A stretch of 63,694 bases of DNA, filler included, from Olpidium bornovanus S191 (GCA_017911155.1; 30 parts of 30 records of this genome joined end to end with filler, not necessarily neighbours in it), one strand, 5' to 3'; positions 47,557 through 60,385 are shown, counted from the first letter of the whole stretch. Numbers and translations are program-made. Notes: generated by a model from the sequence alone, not told the origin.

Positions 47557-48195
47557 GGCACGCGCCGTCGCCGCCGCGGCGCGCGCTTTTGTCGGAAAAT
47601 GTCTTGGCGGGGCAGGGCGAGACGACCAACGCTGCACACGGCGACCAGACGCTGCAAAAAACGGGGCAAGGACGTCCCGGGAGGGGCAGAGAATTTGAAC
47701 AATGAATAATAAGTATATATATTTCCGGGCCGGCCCTGCGCGCGCTGACAGTTCGGAGCGGAGAGGAAAAACAGGAAATCGAGTTTTGTTTGTAATTACG
47801 CGCTCGGGGAGGCGGGCGGGGGCGTGGGGGGGGGACGTAGAGGAGGGGCGAGGGAGGGCCGGGACACGCCGTACCTGCGGCCGGCCCAGCACACGTGGCT
47901 CTCTGTGTCGAGATCCTCATCGGTCGTTTGGGCGGGTCGAAAGCAGNNNNNNNNNNNNNNNNNNNNNNNNNNNNNNNNNNNNNNNNNNNNTTAATTAATT
48001 AANNNNNNNNNNNNNNNNNNNNNNNNNNNNNNNNNNNNNNNNNNNNCTAGAGGAGAACGTAAGCGTCCGCGCCAAACCACAATTAGAGTGTTGCGGCGCC
48101 GAGTATAACGAGCGGTTACGCACGGTATCTCTTCTCTGCACTACCCGTTGATTGCCGCAGCTCATGGGAGGGATGAGTGGGGGCGGGGGAAGTTT

Positions 48196-48233
<38 letters not shown>

Positions 48234-48315
48234 CTTTTTTGGGTTTCTCGTCAAACTCGGAGTCACACCACTTTCTCCCTGTCGCGCACTGGCGAGCCAC
48301 CGAGAACGGGAAGGG

Positions 48316-49379
48316 ATGACAGACGAGATGACAACGTTCTCGACGCTTGATCTGCTGCCGGATAACCTGCCGGCGGACGCAGTAACCGAGGAGGAGAGGG
48401 AGCGTCTCGCCCTCAGGCGGAGACTCGCCGCGGACCCGCTTGCCTCCAGGCCTCGCCCCCCGCTCAAGGGCCGCCGGCGTCAGCAGCAGCATCAGCAGCA
48501 CCAGCACCAGCAACGCGACGGAGCCGGCGCGCACGGCCGCGGGAGCTCGCGAGCCGCCGCGCCCGATGCCGGGGGGTCAACGGGGCCGGCTGCTGCCGGC
48601 AAGGCCGCGGCGGCCGAGGGGCGCGCCGTCCCGTCCGACGAGCTCGTCGTTTTCGGTTACGCTTCCACGATCTTCAGCGGCAGCGACGCGGCGGCGGCTC
48701 GCGTCGAGAGGGGCGAGTTTCTGATTCCGTGGAGAAACGAAGCGGTGGACGCGATCATGTTAGACAGGTAGGGAAGTAGCCTGGGGGACAAAGCCGAGCC
48801 ACGTCACCGGCCCGTTGTAGCGTGGTTTGTCCTGCCCGTTTTTTGCGCACTTCCAAAAGGCGCACGGGACCGACATTTCCCCCGCGCCTTTCCGGAAAGA
48901 CGGAAAACGGCTTTCCGCCGAGCGGCGCGGATGAACCTAATAACACCCACGGGCCCTACATCTCGGAGGGAGGCGTGGCTACGGCCGGTCACGGCGATCA
49001 CGTCAAGAGCACAGGTACCCTTCGCAAGCGAGAAATACCGCGCTGTAGCAGAAATGCCCAGCGCCTCCCAACCGGTCTCGTGTCGTTCTTGTGCTGCCCA
49101 AGGGAAGGGGGGCGTGGCCGCCCTGGGCGGCAAGCGATCCGGGCAACCGAATAACTGCGGCCTTTGTCCCCGTAAAACCGGCGGGCCGCTCCTCCAGGTT
49201 CGATGCCCGCAACCTTCTCGACGACCGCGAGTCATTCGCAAAGACCGACCTGGAACCCGCATCGCCTTCGTCCGACGACGAGGAAGAACGCATGTGCGAC
49301 GAAGAACGTTATGCGGACGTGGATTCGGAGGAAGAGGACTTGTGGGACATGTCGGAGGACGAGCGAAACGCGTATGTCG
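48316..49379 (+). CDS. SFSWAP: Splicing factor SWAP (SFSWAP) N-terminal DRY_EERY domain, partial
   Basis: join(48316-48767, 49198-49379): ELVVFGYASTIF....A..VERG..LIPW....MLDR|FDARNLL...EEERMCDEERY.D. Confidence 0.88.
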
Positions 49380-49586
49380 GTGAGTTTGATCTCGTCTGGT
49401 GTCCGCGCATTTTCGTGTCGTTAGGCAGCCGGGTTCGTGAGCTTGTCCACGCTGACGGTGCTGCGGCANNNNNNNNNNNNNNNNNNNNNNNNNNNNNNNN
49501 NNNNNNNNNNNNTTAATTAATTAANNNNNNNNNNNNNNNNNNNNNNNNNNNNNNNNNNNNNNNNNNNNAACCGAATAAAACAAAGG

Positions 49587-51865
49587 TCATTGCGGGTGGG
49601 GAGCGTAACGGCAATAAATGCACATCCAAGTTACCCAATTGATCCCGTCGACACTGACTTCCACCGCAACGCCGTCATCCAGCAACATGGAGGTCCCGTG
49701 CCCTCCGGGAATGGTCAGAAACTCCCACGTTCGAGGCATGATGAAGTGGAGCCCAAAGTAATCGCCGGCAGCGGGCGGCTTCCACGAGCTCCAACAGGTT
49801 CTCTCGTCCCCGTCCACGGCGGCGTGGTACGAATATCTTAAAACGTGGTCAATGGCCGCAGGCGAAAAATGGAAGTTTTGCGCGTGTGCAGGCATCGAGG
49901 GCACGTCTTGCGCGAACGGGACGGCGGAAGGCGCCGGGAGAGCATCCATATTAGTTATAAAGATACACTCGTTGTTATGGCACGGGGTCCTGAGGTTACC
50001 GTGCGCGGGAAAATTCGGGGTCAGAGCAAGAAGCTTGGGGTACCGCTAATGGTCTGGCTGCAAAAGGACACAACCTACCGTGCGTCTCTCGCGTTCCAAG
50101 GTGGGCCCAATTCCTTTCTGAGGAAAGGATCCTGCCGAAGGTTCTGCGGATCCCATCTTAGAGTCCGCTCGAGGATCCGAGCTGCATCAAGCTACGAGGG
50201 CCAGCAGGAGACTTGTGAACGTCATTCTGCCCAGTACTCCTCTCGCACTGCCAAAAAAAAAAACTTAAAAAACTTTCGATCTTGTTCGCCGCGCCAGCTT
50301 ACCGCATACTCAAGATCCCGGGAAGCCGATTCCACCGTGCTCCTCCGTTTCAGGCTCACGAGCGGCACTTCAAGCTGAACGGGGTACTGGTTCGTCCATA
50401 TTGTGAAATACGCGTCGGCGTGATTCAGCTGTTCGCGAGGAAGGCCCGCCCACCCGGCCTGCTTCAGAAAGCGATTGACCGCCGACTTCGGCGCGAAAGA
50501 GCCGCGATCGAGGCTGGCGAAGCCCGCGTGCAGGTAGTCGGAACTGGTGAACGTCCATCTCCGGTCTCGGAGGAAAGATGCCCGGTCGGCCGCAGCGTGA
50601 ACGAAGTGCGGGAACCGTATAAAGGACGTGTACAAGGCGTCTATATGTGGGTTCAACCAGGCCGATCTCTGAAAGTAACATGTGCCCAGGGTCGCCATAT
50701 TGCACGCGAGGTATTTGCCAAGATCCTTTACGTCTTCTGTAGAGTTGAAGACGCGTATTGGGGGCTGAAATTCGGCGTTTGGCACCTCAAATTCCTTTCA
50801 TTGATAAAATTGGATGTCAGCACGCACCCCGATCCCGGCGATCAAAAGCCATCCGTGATAATAGCGACAAGTTCCACTTACCTGGCCGGAAATTTCGACG
50901 GTAGGATCGTTGTTCCAAATGACTATCTCGCGGAAAAAGGGATACTTTGCCAGCTGGCTAGTAATGAGCTGAAGGGGGCCCAGGCTTTGGCCAGGTTCCT
51001 TCACCAAAACGGCCGAAACCGGAACAAGTCGTGGTGGGTAACCCGCGACCGGCGCGTCTTCCTTCGCCTCGTAACGCGAAGACGACACGTCGGGAACGGA
51101 GGCAATAGTGTCCAACGTGGACGGATTCGGGTAAACATCCCAGGGATTCGGCATGGGACCCAGGATGCTTCCCAGTAGTCTTGGGGGCTTGGATTTCTGC
51201 TTCTCTCGCGGGGTCAACGACGTCCCTACCCAAGGGAAGTCCCCGATCGCGATTTGCTGGTGGCACGAAAATCGGTTCCAGCCTGAAGAGGTCAGCACGG
51301 TTCGCAGGGAACGTCGCGAACGCCGCGGAACAAAACGGGCTTTGCGTACCGCCGCAGGATTGGGGTCAGGGTCGTACAACGGCCTCCGCGCCTTGTCGAG
51401 GAACATGTCCACCCGGTAAGCACTGAGCCGCTCCAGCAGCTCCCTGTGCGTGGGGTCGTTCAGGTTCAGGACAGGCTGCTCCTCCTCGAAGTTGTCAATC
51501 ATGTCGGCGTAGTGTGCCGCCTGCGAGATGGGCTCGCCGCGGGCCCGTCCGGCAGGCGGGTCCGCCGGCACGGGCCGGCTACCGTTGCGCCCCTTCGCCC
51601 GGTCCAGGAGGGACCTCTCGCCGGGAACGAAGTCCACGTTCCACGACGGCGCCTTCAGCGACGTTCTGAGTGCCGCAAACCACCTGCCGAGCGCGCTGGA
51701 GCACAGCGCCAGGTAGACGAGCGCGAAGAGTGCCAGGACGAGCAGCTTGGTGCTCGCGCGCTTCCTCAGGAAGGACGCGCAGACGGCCGAGTAGGGAGCC
51801 GCGCCCCAGAAGAGCCGCCGCCGCCACGCCGGCGCGTGCCGCTGCGGCGACTTTGCCGAGGTCAT
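49587..51865 (-). CDS. Type II membrane glycosyltransferase-like protein (GT-A/GT64-like) with C-terminal discoidin-like segment, partial
   Basis: An N-terminal TM helix and stem, then YPFFREIVIWNN, KYLAC..A...TCYFQ..AWLNP.IDALY, LHAGFA.L..GSF.PK..V.RFL, AD.YF.IWTNQYP.QL and AAVDGD..TCW.S. Confidence 0.75.
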
Positions 51866-51972
51866 ATCCCGCCGACGAGCGCGACGCTCGGCTTCCGGGT
51901 TTCGGCGGGGGCGAGGCTCGCCTCAGCTCAAAACCCGCACGCCGCCCCGCTCGACTGGCGGACGACGCGACG

Positions 51973-52023
<51 letters not shown>

Positions 52024-52024
52024 T

Positions 52025-52080
<56 letters not shown>

Positions 52081-53880
52081 CGGTGCAGCGGATACGCGTC
52101 GATCTGTCGAAAGCGCGAATTTTGTTGGCCCCCCCCCCCCCCCCCCCACTGAATCCCCCCTCCCTTTTATTTTTTTTTTCTCCCCTCTCCCTTCTCCCTT
52201 CCGCGATCAACACCCGCCAAAACCACCACACAAAAATAAAAAAAGACGAAGGAAAAATATTTCGGACGAGCCTACCCGCCGATCAAAACGAAGGAGGCAG
52301 CAAGTGCGAGAACCACAGAGAGAACACGGAGAGTTGCAAGAAAGAGAGAGAAACGAAAAAAAAACGGCGGAGAGAAAAATCAATCATGNNNNNNNNNNNN
52401 NNNNNNNNNNNNNNNNNNNNNNNNNNNNNNNNTTAATTAATTAANNNNNNNNNNNNNNNNNNNNNNNNNNNNNNNNNNNNNNNNNNNNCGCTCGTCTTCG
52501 TTTGCTCCAGGTGACCGGAAAAGCACCGGTGGCCGACACGCTTCGGGAGCGTGCGCCGGCCTGGGAAGCCTGCAAGTTCGGAGCCGGAGAAATAGTTTAC
52601 ATCGGCATGCTCCTCCATTCCCTGATCCGAACATTTGTTTCTGCCGGCTTTGTGATTCCGACGACCCGTTTGCTTCAAAGTGCTGCTCTCAAAGCACATC
52701 CGCGTGGCTCCCGCGTGTTGGTTATCGTAAATCCCACGCTCATCTTCGATGCCGCCCAAACGGTCCCAGTAGGCTGCCTCCTTCAATGTGCATCAGGAAA
52801 CCCACCCTCCAGCCCCCAAGAACATGGGTTCCCGGTGTACTCGTCGCCGTCCCGCGTGACATCATCCAGACACGCGCATCGTCACGTGCCTGACGACGCA
52901 CCAGCGCTCCTGGGCTGCGTCACCTCTGCTCTCGTTGCCTCGTTTCGCCGCCTTTTCCGAACGGGCGGCCGAGGCGGGTGGAGGAGGGAAAGGGGAAGGG
53001 AAAAAGGGGGGGGGAGGGCTCACCTGGGCGCTCGCTTGTCCGCCTTCACGCGTCGGGCCACACATGACTCTCCACCCCTTCGCGGGGGCCCGAAGGAAAC
53101 GCCCCGCAGCTCACTTTTCCCGGCTACCTGCAGCGTTCCCGTTCCCCAAAATTTCGGCGGTTCCGCCTCGCTCGCTGCGCGCACTCTTCCTTCCAAGCTC
53201 CTCGCCGAGCCCCGTCCCCTCCCAGAGTGTATCATCACTTGGACGTGCCGGCTACGCGTGAACATTCCCCTCCGGCTGCTCATCCCTCCAACTGTCCTCT
53301 TCGCCTCCGTCGCCTCCCTCCTTTCCTCCTTTCCTCGTTGCCTGGACTTGCGGCAGATAAAAGGGCGGGTGCCGTTTAATCAGCTGGTTGGGTTGGTCGT
53401 TCGGTGCGACCGCGGCGGGACGTAGCGAAGTTCGGGCCGAAGTCTCTCTCTCTCTATCTCTCACTCCCTCGGCGTGACGATGACGGCGAGGTGACGTCAC
53501 ATCGCCGCCTGGAAAGACCAGGAAAAATGCGCTTTGGCTTCACTCCCCGCCTTCCGCGCGGAGCGAAACGGCGAGCCTACCGTACCACCCGAAAACGGCG
53601 CCCTTCCTCCCCTTCCGCACACGCTCACCTCCGCGGACATAAAATAGCTGAAGCCCCGGCGGGAAAAAAAAAAAGAGTCCCCGCTCTTCCGTTTCCCCAC
53701 GCGCTCTTGCGCGAATACAGACTTTCACAGCTTCCACACTCGCCACAGACGTCCGCCCGAGCTGCAAGCGATCCCCCACCTTCCGCGAGAGACTCTCCAG
53801 TCCGTGTCGCCGCGTGCAGGTTCCCTCTTTCGCTCGCCGGCAACCGCCGGGCGTGACGGGACGACAGACAGTACCTGAAC

Positions 53881-54919
53881 ATGGAAAGCGTCGGAAAGTA
53901 CGCTGGCAAGATCGCAGTTTGAAACTGCTTTCCTTTCACGGCGGCAGTCCTGTGCCTCCCGGACCGCGTCGTGTTGTTCAAGATCGTCGTTTATTGGCGA
54001 GTCTTTGATTATCTCGCCGCCTCCTAACCTCTTCTGGCTCCGCTCTTGCGTGCTCGTTCTCCTTTTCAGGACCGCCACCAGTCAGGTCCCGGATCGCGAC
54101 GCTGGTGCGCAAGCGGTCACCGGAGTCGCCAGGGATGCAGCGGAGAGAGCTGCGGATGTAGCGAGGAAAACAGGGGGGACGCCCGGCGCGCCCACCTCGA
54201 TCACGGGTCACGTCAAAGTCGACGACGGCCTTACCACCTCTGGAACAACGGTCTCTCACGACACTTCCAAGGGCGTCATATCCTCCGCCGCCACTTTCGC
54301 CGCTGACACCGTCATGGGCGCCGCGTCGTTTGCTACTGGAGCCGCCGTTACTGGTGTCGAGCTTGGCATCGGTGTGGGCGCCACGGTCCTCGACGCCGCA
54401 GGCAACGTCGTTAGGTCGGGTATCGAAACCGTACGTTCCATCCAGGGCCGTGGCCACGAGGCGACCACGGGCACCGTTGAGACCGTTCGCGAGACGCTGG
54501 CGGCGCTCGACCATCGCGGCCACGATGTCATTGGCCGAGCCAACCACAACGCCGCCCGCACGGCCGTCGAAGCGGGCCGCATCGGCTCGCGCGGCATCAA
54601 CGCGGCGGCAGAGACCGCGGGATCGCTTTCCGTCAAGGCTCGCGAAGCCGGCTCGCAGGCTATCGACGTCACCAAGGAAAAGACCAACGAGGTGACTGAC
54701 CGGCTGACCGGTGCTGCTGACGACGCCCGAGAAAAAGTCAAAAGCGCAGTCCGTCATGCCGAGGAAGAAGGGGAACTGGTGGCCGAGAAGGGGATGGACA
54801 TGATGCGCTCCACTATTGGTAAGACAGCGGACGCCTCTGGCGCCGTCGCCAAGACCGTGAAGGACATTGTACACCAGGCCGAGCAACAAGGTGAGCGAGT
54901 TGCCGAAGGCGGCGTAGAG
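53881..54919 (+). CDS. LEA/perilipin-like amphipathic Ala/Thr/Gly-rich protein (3'-partial)
   Basis: join(53881-53897, 54070-54919) with a phase-2 GTACGC...TTTCAG intron. Contains repeats such as VKAREAGSQAIDVTKEKTNEVTDRLTGAADDAREKVKSAV. Confidence 0.7.
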
Positions 54920-56732
54920 NNNNNNNNNNNNNNNNNNNNNNNNNNNNNNNNNNNNNNNNNNNNTTAATTAATTAANNNNNNNNNNNNNNNNNNNNNNNNN
55001 NNNNNNNNNNNNNNNNNNNCATGAAGGTGAACTGGCCGATCCCCAAGTGGTCGGTCTCCTCGATCTTGCGGCGATGAAAAAAACAGTGATGGCGGCCAGT
55101 TGCAGCATAGAGTGCAACGGGATGCTGCCCGACCCGCCTCCCACACCCCCGAATCCGCGGCAAAAATATTGAACCATTCTCATCTTCGCCGACGAAGAGC
55201 AAGCGATGTTTCAAAAGTCCAATTTGAATTGTTACATTCGTTGTACATTTGGATTGTGCAGTTAGAGTGAGATTAAAAAACGTCAGATCTGATTGGGTAA
55301 AAAGTTCAAGAAAGTAGTGCATTGTGAATTGGATAAGTGTTTCGGAGAAAGAAAATATCGTGGAAGGGCAGTGGGTTCGCGGGAAAGGAGGAGGAGGAGG
55401 TGGTGGTGTGGGGGGGGGGGGGGGGGGGGGAGCCTCGGACTTCCGCTCCGAAGAGCTTTGGCTGCCTACGTACCCGGTTGCCCGGGATCAGAGGGTTCGC
55501 AGTTCCATTGTATTAATAAAAGTAATAAAAAAACACTAAATTAAGAGGAGGGCCGAAAAGCCCCTACATAAGTACATTTTGATTCGGGAGGGTGATGGTG
55601 GGAGGGGGGGGGAGGGGGGGAAGAGAGATATGGTGAGGTCGGGGTTGGGGAGGAAGTGCGGGGAGTGCAGGGTGATCAAGGGAGAGGTTGAGAGGTTATG
55701 AAGGAGAGAGAAGAGGGAGCGGACGGAGAAGAGGTATGAGAGCGGGAGGAAGAGGAGAGGAGGGGGAGGGTGACCGAACGAACCTTGCGGAGTCCTACGT
55801 GCGGGGCGGGGGAGGGAAGCGCTCGCACCCGGTGGTGGGGGAAGCGCCCCGGCGGCGGCCGCTGTGCCCCGGTTCTCCCGGCCCAAAGGCCGCCGGCGGT
55901 TCCGGCCGCCATGCGCCCTTGCCCCGAGGTGCCACTCCGCCGGGACCGCGGCACAAAAGGCCTGGGCCAAAAAAAAAAAACGGAAATGACCAAATATCAG
56001 CTTTATCGTAATTTTTGTTTCGCGCGGCGGNNNNNNNNNNNNNNNNNNNNNNNNNNNNNNNNNNNNNNNNNNNNTTAATTAATTAANNNNNNNNNNNNNN
56101 NNNNNNNNNNNNNNNNNNNNNNNNNNNNNNCATGATCCTTGTTCCAGCCCCGAATTCCGCGCAGCAAATGCCGCTGTCTGCGACGAAGCCGACGTGGCCG
56201 CGATCGGATCAGTCCGAGCGGCAGGGAGGGCGGGGCCGGCGTCGGGCCCGCAGGGGGCTCAGGGCGATCCGGTCGACGGGCGCGCTTTGCGTGCCGCACT
56301 CGGGTTCGGCGTCGATGGCGCTGCGACGCGGCTTCGAACTCCGCAGCCGACGCCGCGGGAAAGGATGGGGAAGGAAAAGAGAGAGCAGCCGACGCCACTC
56401 GACCCGTAGCGGCGGCTGACGCCTCCGCTCGAACGGGCCTGAAGGTGAACACGACGCTGGAACAAGCCCGACGGCTTTGTTTTGGGGCGCCCAAACTTGG
56501 GGGTTTCTTTATTTTGGAGTCGGGCGAATTGGTAAGGTGTTTTCGCAGCGAGTCCAATGACAGGGAAAAAAGGGGTGGCGAAACCAAAACAGTTTGAAAC
56601 AGGTGGACGGCGTCGACGCACGTGACCCCGATAGTCGAAAGCAAAAGACGGGTGCAAACGCGCGAGACAATGCAAAACGAGGGAAACCGGGGGAAACGGG
56701 GTTTGAAGCTAGAGTAGTCAAAGTCGAGGTCG

Positions 56733-57383
56733 ATGCCCGCCAAGGCCATTTTGGACGCCGACACCGCCGACACTGCTGATGAAGAATACGAGGTAGAAAG
56801 GATTCTCCAGCACCAGTCCATCGGTCATGGCGGCCGCGACATCAAATTCCGCGTCAAGTGGCGCAACTCCCCCACCAGCGAGGCGACGTGGAAACCACCA
56901 GAGAATATCGTGAACGTCGCTGACCTTACTGCTAAGTATTGTCACCGTTTTCACCTCAATGTTCCGCCCATGATCAACGATACAATCTCCAACTCCAGTA
57001 CCACGCGTGCTCATGCTGCCTCCGCCCCTCTCCTCACCACGATCGCTGGGCTCGGACCCAAACCAACGACATATCAACAAGCGATCACCGGCCCCGAGCA
57101 CACATATTGGCTCTGCGCGATGCAAGCGGAAGTTGACATACTCCAGAGCTTCCCCGCCTGTAAACTCGTCTGCCGGCTGCGTGATCGTCGTGTCCTCCAA
57201 GGCAAATGGGTCTACAAGAGGAAGCTGAACCCCGATGGCAGCATCGCCAAGTCGCTTTGTCGCACGCGGTTTCACGCAGACGCGCAGGATTGACTACGAG
57301 GAGACCTTCTCGCCCGTTGTGTCAGCCGCCGCCCTCCGCATCATCATCGCCATCGGGACCTGCCGCCGCTGGAAATTCCGCCA
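56733..57383 (+). mobile_element. Ty1/copia pol fragment: chromodomain + linker + RT N-terminus
   Basis: One ORF reads EEYEVERILQH....IKFRVKWRNSPTSEATWKPPENI (chromo) ... PKPTTYQQAI.GP...W..AMQAEV..L...KLV....R.VL.GKWVYKRK.NPDGSI.K. After a frameshift it continues RFVARGFTQ..IDYEETFSPV...ALRI.IAI...W (copia RT). Confidence 0.87.
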
Positions 57384-57503
57384 TGTCACAGGCGCACGCC
57401 TGCAGGCCGCCCTAGTCACGTGCCTGGCCACTAGACACACCAAGGCGCGCCTACCCCGCGGTGTGGCCCCCCGTCACATGACCCACATGGGCCCGCCCGC
57501 GCA
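57384..57503 (+). mobile_element. LTR 5' end related to the LTR at 6271, inserted in the copia RT
   Basis: Starts TGTCAC(A)GGCGC where RT similarity ends. Shares AGTCACGTG, the 15-mer CCACTAGACACACCA and GTCAC(A/G)TGACC with 6271-6421. Confidence 0.62.
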
Positions 57504-58456
57504 NNNNNNNNNNNNNNNNNNNNNNNNNNNNNNNNNNNNNNNNNNNNTTAATTAATTAANNNNNNNNNNNNNNNNNNNNNNNNNNNNNNNNNNNNNNNNN
57601 NNNCATGACGGGGCCTTGAAGCGCCTCCTAACATTGGTCTTACCGCAAATTGCCCATATGGCATTACCGCTGGGCAAAAATCTTCGCCTTCGATGGACAA
57701 TATTCCTGCCAAGTACACTGCGACAACCGCTGCTCTCAAGTCGCGGGCAACAGCTTGCGATTTCCCCGCCGAAGGACGATGACACCGTGGATCAAAACGA
57801 TTGAAAACTGGGGCAGGGAGAGGTCGAACCCCTAACAACGGAACCTCTCCAGCCAAAATTGTTCGTCCGGCAAGTGTCCAGCCGGCGCGGGGCGCGCGAA
57901 AGGCTCGTTTTTCTGTCGATGCCAAAATTTTGCGGGGCTTCGGGCGCCGGTTAAATTTCGGTGAGATGTCCCAAAAAAACGAAAAAAATGGGCGCTCGAA
58001 AGTGTCGCTGACCTTGCTACTAACTCGTCGCGTGACAACCGGCTGCTTCAAACGTGCTCCATCCCGCGCCGCCAAAGACATCCAGTCCTGGAAGCTTGCG
58101 AAAGCGGCATCTAACCGAAGTCTCCTGGTTGCGGGATGCGGACTCGAGAGTGAGCTTACCAACGAGTTTCTGGCGCGTTTAACGAGCCGCTGGGTTCGCC
58201 AAGGTTTGCGTCTTCGATTGTTCTACAGGGCGAACTGATGCGTGGTGCGCAGTAGCGTTTGACGATTTGCGCCGTTATGTCCCCGGGACCTCATGGCGGC
58301 GGTCGTTGTGGAGATGCCGCGGGTGGGCGAACGTACGAAATGCACAAAGAAGGAAGGAGAACGGAAGAAAACCCGTTTGTCTCGAAAGTCGCCCTGCAAC
58401 AGTATCAGTGAAGTTATGACGGCTTTGAAGACTGGGCCCGCCTAGGGCAACTACAG

Positions 58457-59305
58457 CTATCTCTTCCAGTTCCCGCTCACCCCGCCGGCTTTCTCAACCA
58501 CCTTGATCCCAGTAATCTCCAACCCCTCCTGGCCCGCCGCCTTGCACATGTCGTAGACGGTGAGCGCCGCAACGGATACCGCGCAGAGCGCCTCCATCTC
58601 CACGCCCGTCTTGCCGTCCGTCCGGACCGAAGCCCTCACGTCGATTCTTGGCGGCTCGTCGCGCGCAACCTCCAGGTCGACCGAGACGTGCGTGATCGCC
58701 AGCGGGTGGCACAGCGGCACCAAGTCGGACGTCTTCTTCGCGGCGGCGATCCCGGCGATCTGGGCGACGCCCAGCACGTCGCCTTTTTTTGTCCGCGCGG
58801 CGTTTTCGAGCAGCAGCTCGCGCGTCCGCTGCGGCAGCAGCACGTGGCCGATCGCGGTCGCCGCGCGCGCGGTGGCGGGTTTCGAGGAGATGTCGACCAT
58901 CGCGGGCGACCCCGTCTCGGAGTCCACATGGGTCAGACGCGCGAAGGTGTTGCCGGAAGCCGAAGGGGACAGCCGCGGGCGGGTGAAATGCCTTTTGACC
59001 CGGCCGGACCCGACGTTCGCGGCGGGTGCGTGCCGCGACGTCCATGCGGAGGTGGACGCCCAACCTCCGGCTTGGAGGTTGCAGGTTCGCTTGCCGCCGT
59101 CAGACACGTGGCGAGCAGCTGCTCGGCAAACGAGCGACCAGGAGCCGGCCAAAGTCCGCTCCCCAACCATCGTCAACGGCCTTGCGTTGCGGGTTCGCAG
59201 AACCGAGACGTGACAGCCTCGTAAATGTACAGCTCGCGCGCGGGCTTCGTTGCTCCTTCCTTGCTGAACGTCGACGTCTTCTCTAGACAGGCCATGCGCT
59301 ATCAA
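58457..59305 (-). CDS. moaC: Cyclic pyranopterin monophosphate synthase (MoaC / MOCS1B domain); start uncertain
   Basis: LTHVD....PAMVDISSK..T.R.ATA, KKGDVL.VAQIAGI.AAKKTSDL.PLCHPL, KTGVEMEAL.AVSVAALTVYDMCKA and KAGGVSG. Preceded by an Arg/Ser/Ala-rich, presequence-like segment. Confidence 0.93.
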   Translation of the reverse strand: MIAHGLSREDVDVQQGRSNEARARAVHLRGCHVSVLRTRNARPLTMVGERTLAGSWSLVCRAAARHVSDGGKRTCNLQAGGWASTSAWTSRHAPAANVGSGRVKRHFTRPRLSPSASGNTFARLTHVDSETGSPAMVDISSKPATARAATAIGHVLLPQRTRELLLENAARTKKGDVLGVAQIAGIAAAKKTSDLVPLCHPLAITHVSVDLEVARDEPPRIDVRASVRTDGKTGVEMEALCAVSVAALTVYDMCKAAGQEGLEITGIKVVEKAGGVSGNWKR

Positions 59306-60385
59306 AAACGATTGGCCTGTTCATTAACGTCGGGGAACCTCACTGCATCCGATAACCACTGCGGTGAAAAACGGAGTGCTCGTGAACACCCACCGATTCA
59401 AAATAAAAAAGCTGGATCCTTCCGAGGTTTAAATTGACAATGATGTCGAGCACCTCCCGGAACTCATCTGATCAGCATCCGTGACCATTACATTGTAACC
59501 CCTTGGTTTCGAAGTACCCATCGCGCCGGCCAGTTCGGCACGTGCTTTCGCAACACCGATCGCTTCGAGTAGGGAAAGCATGCAAGAAATGGAACTCGCG
59601 CCATTGGTGTGTCGACATATTCGACAAGAACTGCCCTTGATGGGCGGGAAGTCCGAACGGTTCTCGATCCTGGAGGTCAGAGGAAAATTCTCCGAACGGN
59701 NNNNNNNNNNNNNNNNNNNNNNNNNNNNNNNNNNNNNNNNNNNTTAATTAATTAANNNNNNNNNNNNNNNNNNNNNNNNNNNNNNNNNNNNNNNNNNNNC
59801 ATGAAAAATACCAAAGAAGAGCGGTCTTACACGCGCGCCCCCTCGGATAGGCACCGCTACCCCGGACAAACCAAAGGAAGCCCTCTTCTACAACGAGCAA
59901 ATGATCGTGCTAACGAGGGAGGCCCACCGCAAGCTCGGGCTGCGGCCCGTGCGGGGTTGCGACAACCCGGGGAGGCCCTGGCACGGTAAGTTTGACTTCC
60001 AGCGGCGCGCCTCTCTTTCCTTTTTATCCCCCGTTTCCCTTTCCTCCTCGGCGCGCCGGCGGGCTTTTTCTTCTTTCGCTTTCCTTTTCCTCGGCGCGCC
60101 AGGCGGGCCCGTTCTGACGCGTCAAGAGGAACCTCGCCGGTCCCGATCAAACGCGCTTCGACCGAGAACATCCCCGGTCGCCTTGGCTAGTCGTTCCTTT
60201 CTTTCTTCCCCCCCCCCCCCCCCCCCCCCACCCAAACGTTCCGTTGGCTTTGCAAAACCCAAGAGGCCCTGGACGCCGTTTTCGAGCACGACCGCCTCGT
60301 GCACGGAGCCCTCCCGCCTGTGCCCCTCGGGTTACGGGCCGACGCGTCAACCGCCGCCGAAGGGCCCGGGTGACCGAGGAGCAGC

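Noticed and set aside
52489-52786. Open frames on both strands at the contig start
   Set aside because: Cannot decide the coding strand and no motif was recognised.
55020-55210. Short minus-strand exon-like pieces (KHRLLFVGEDE; IEETDHLGIGQFTFM)
   Set aside because: Too short to assign or to support a gene model.
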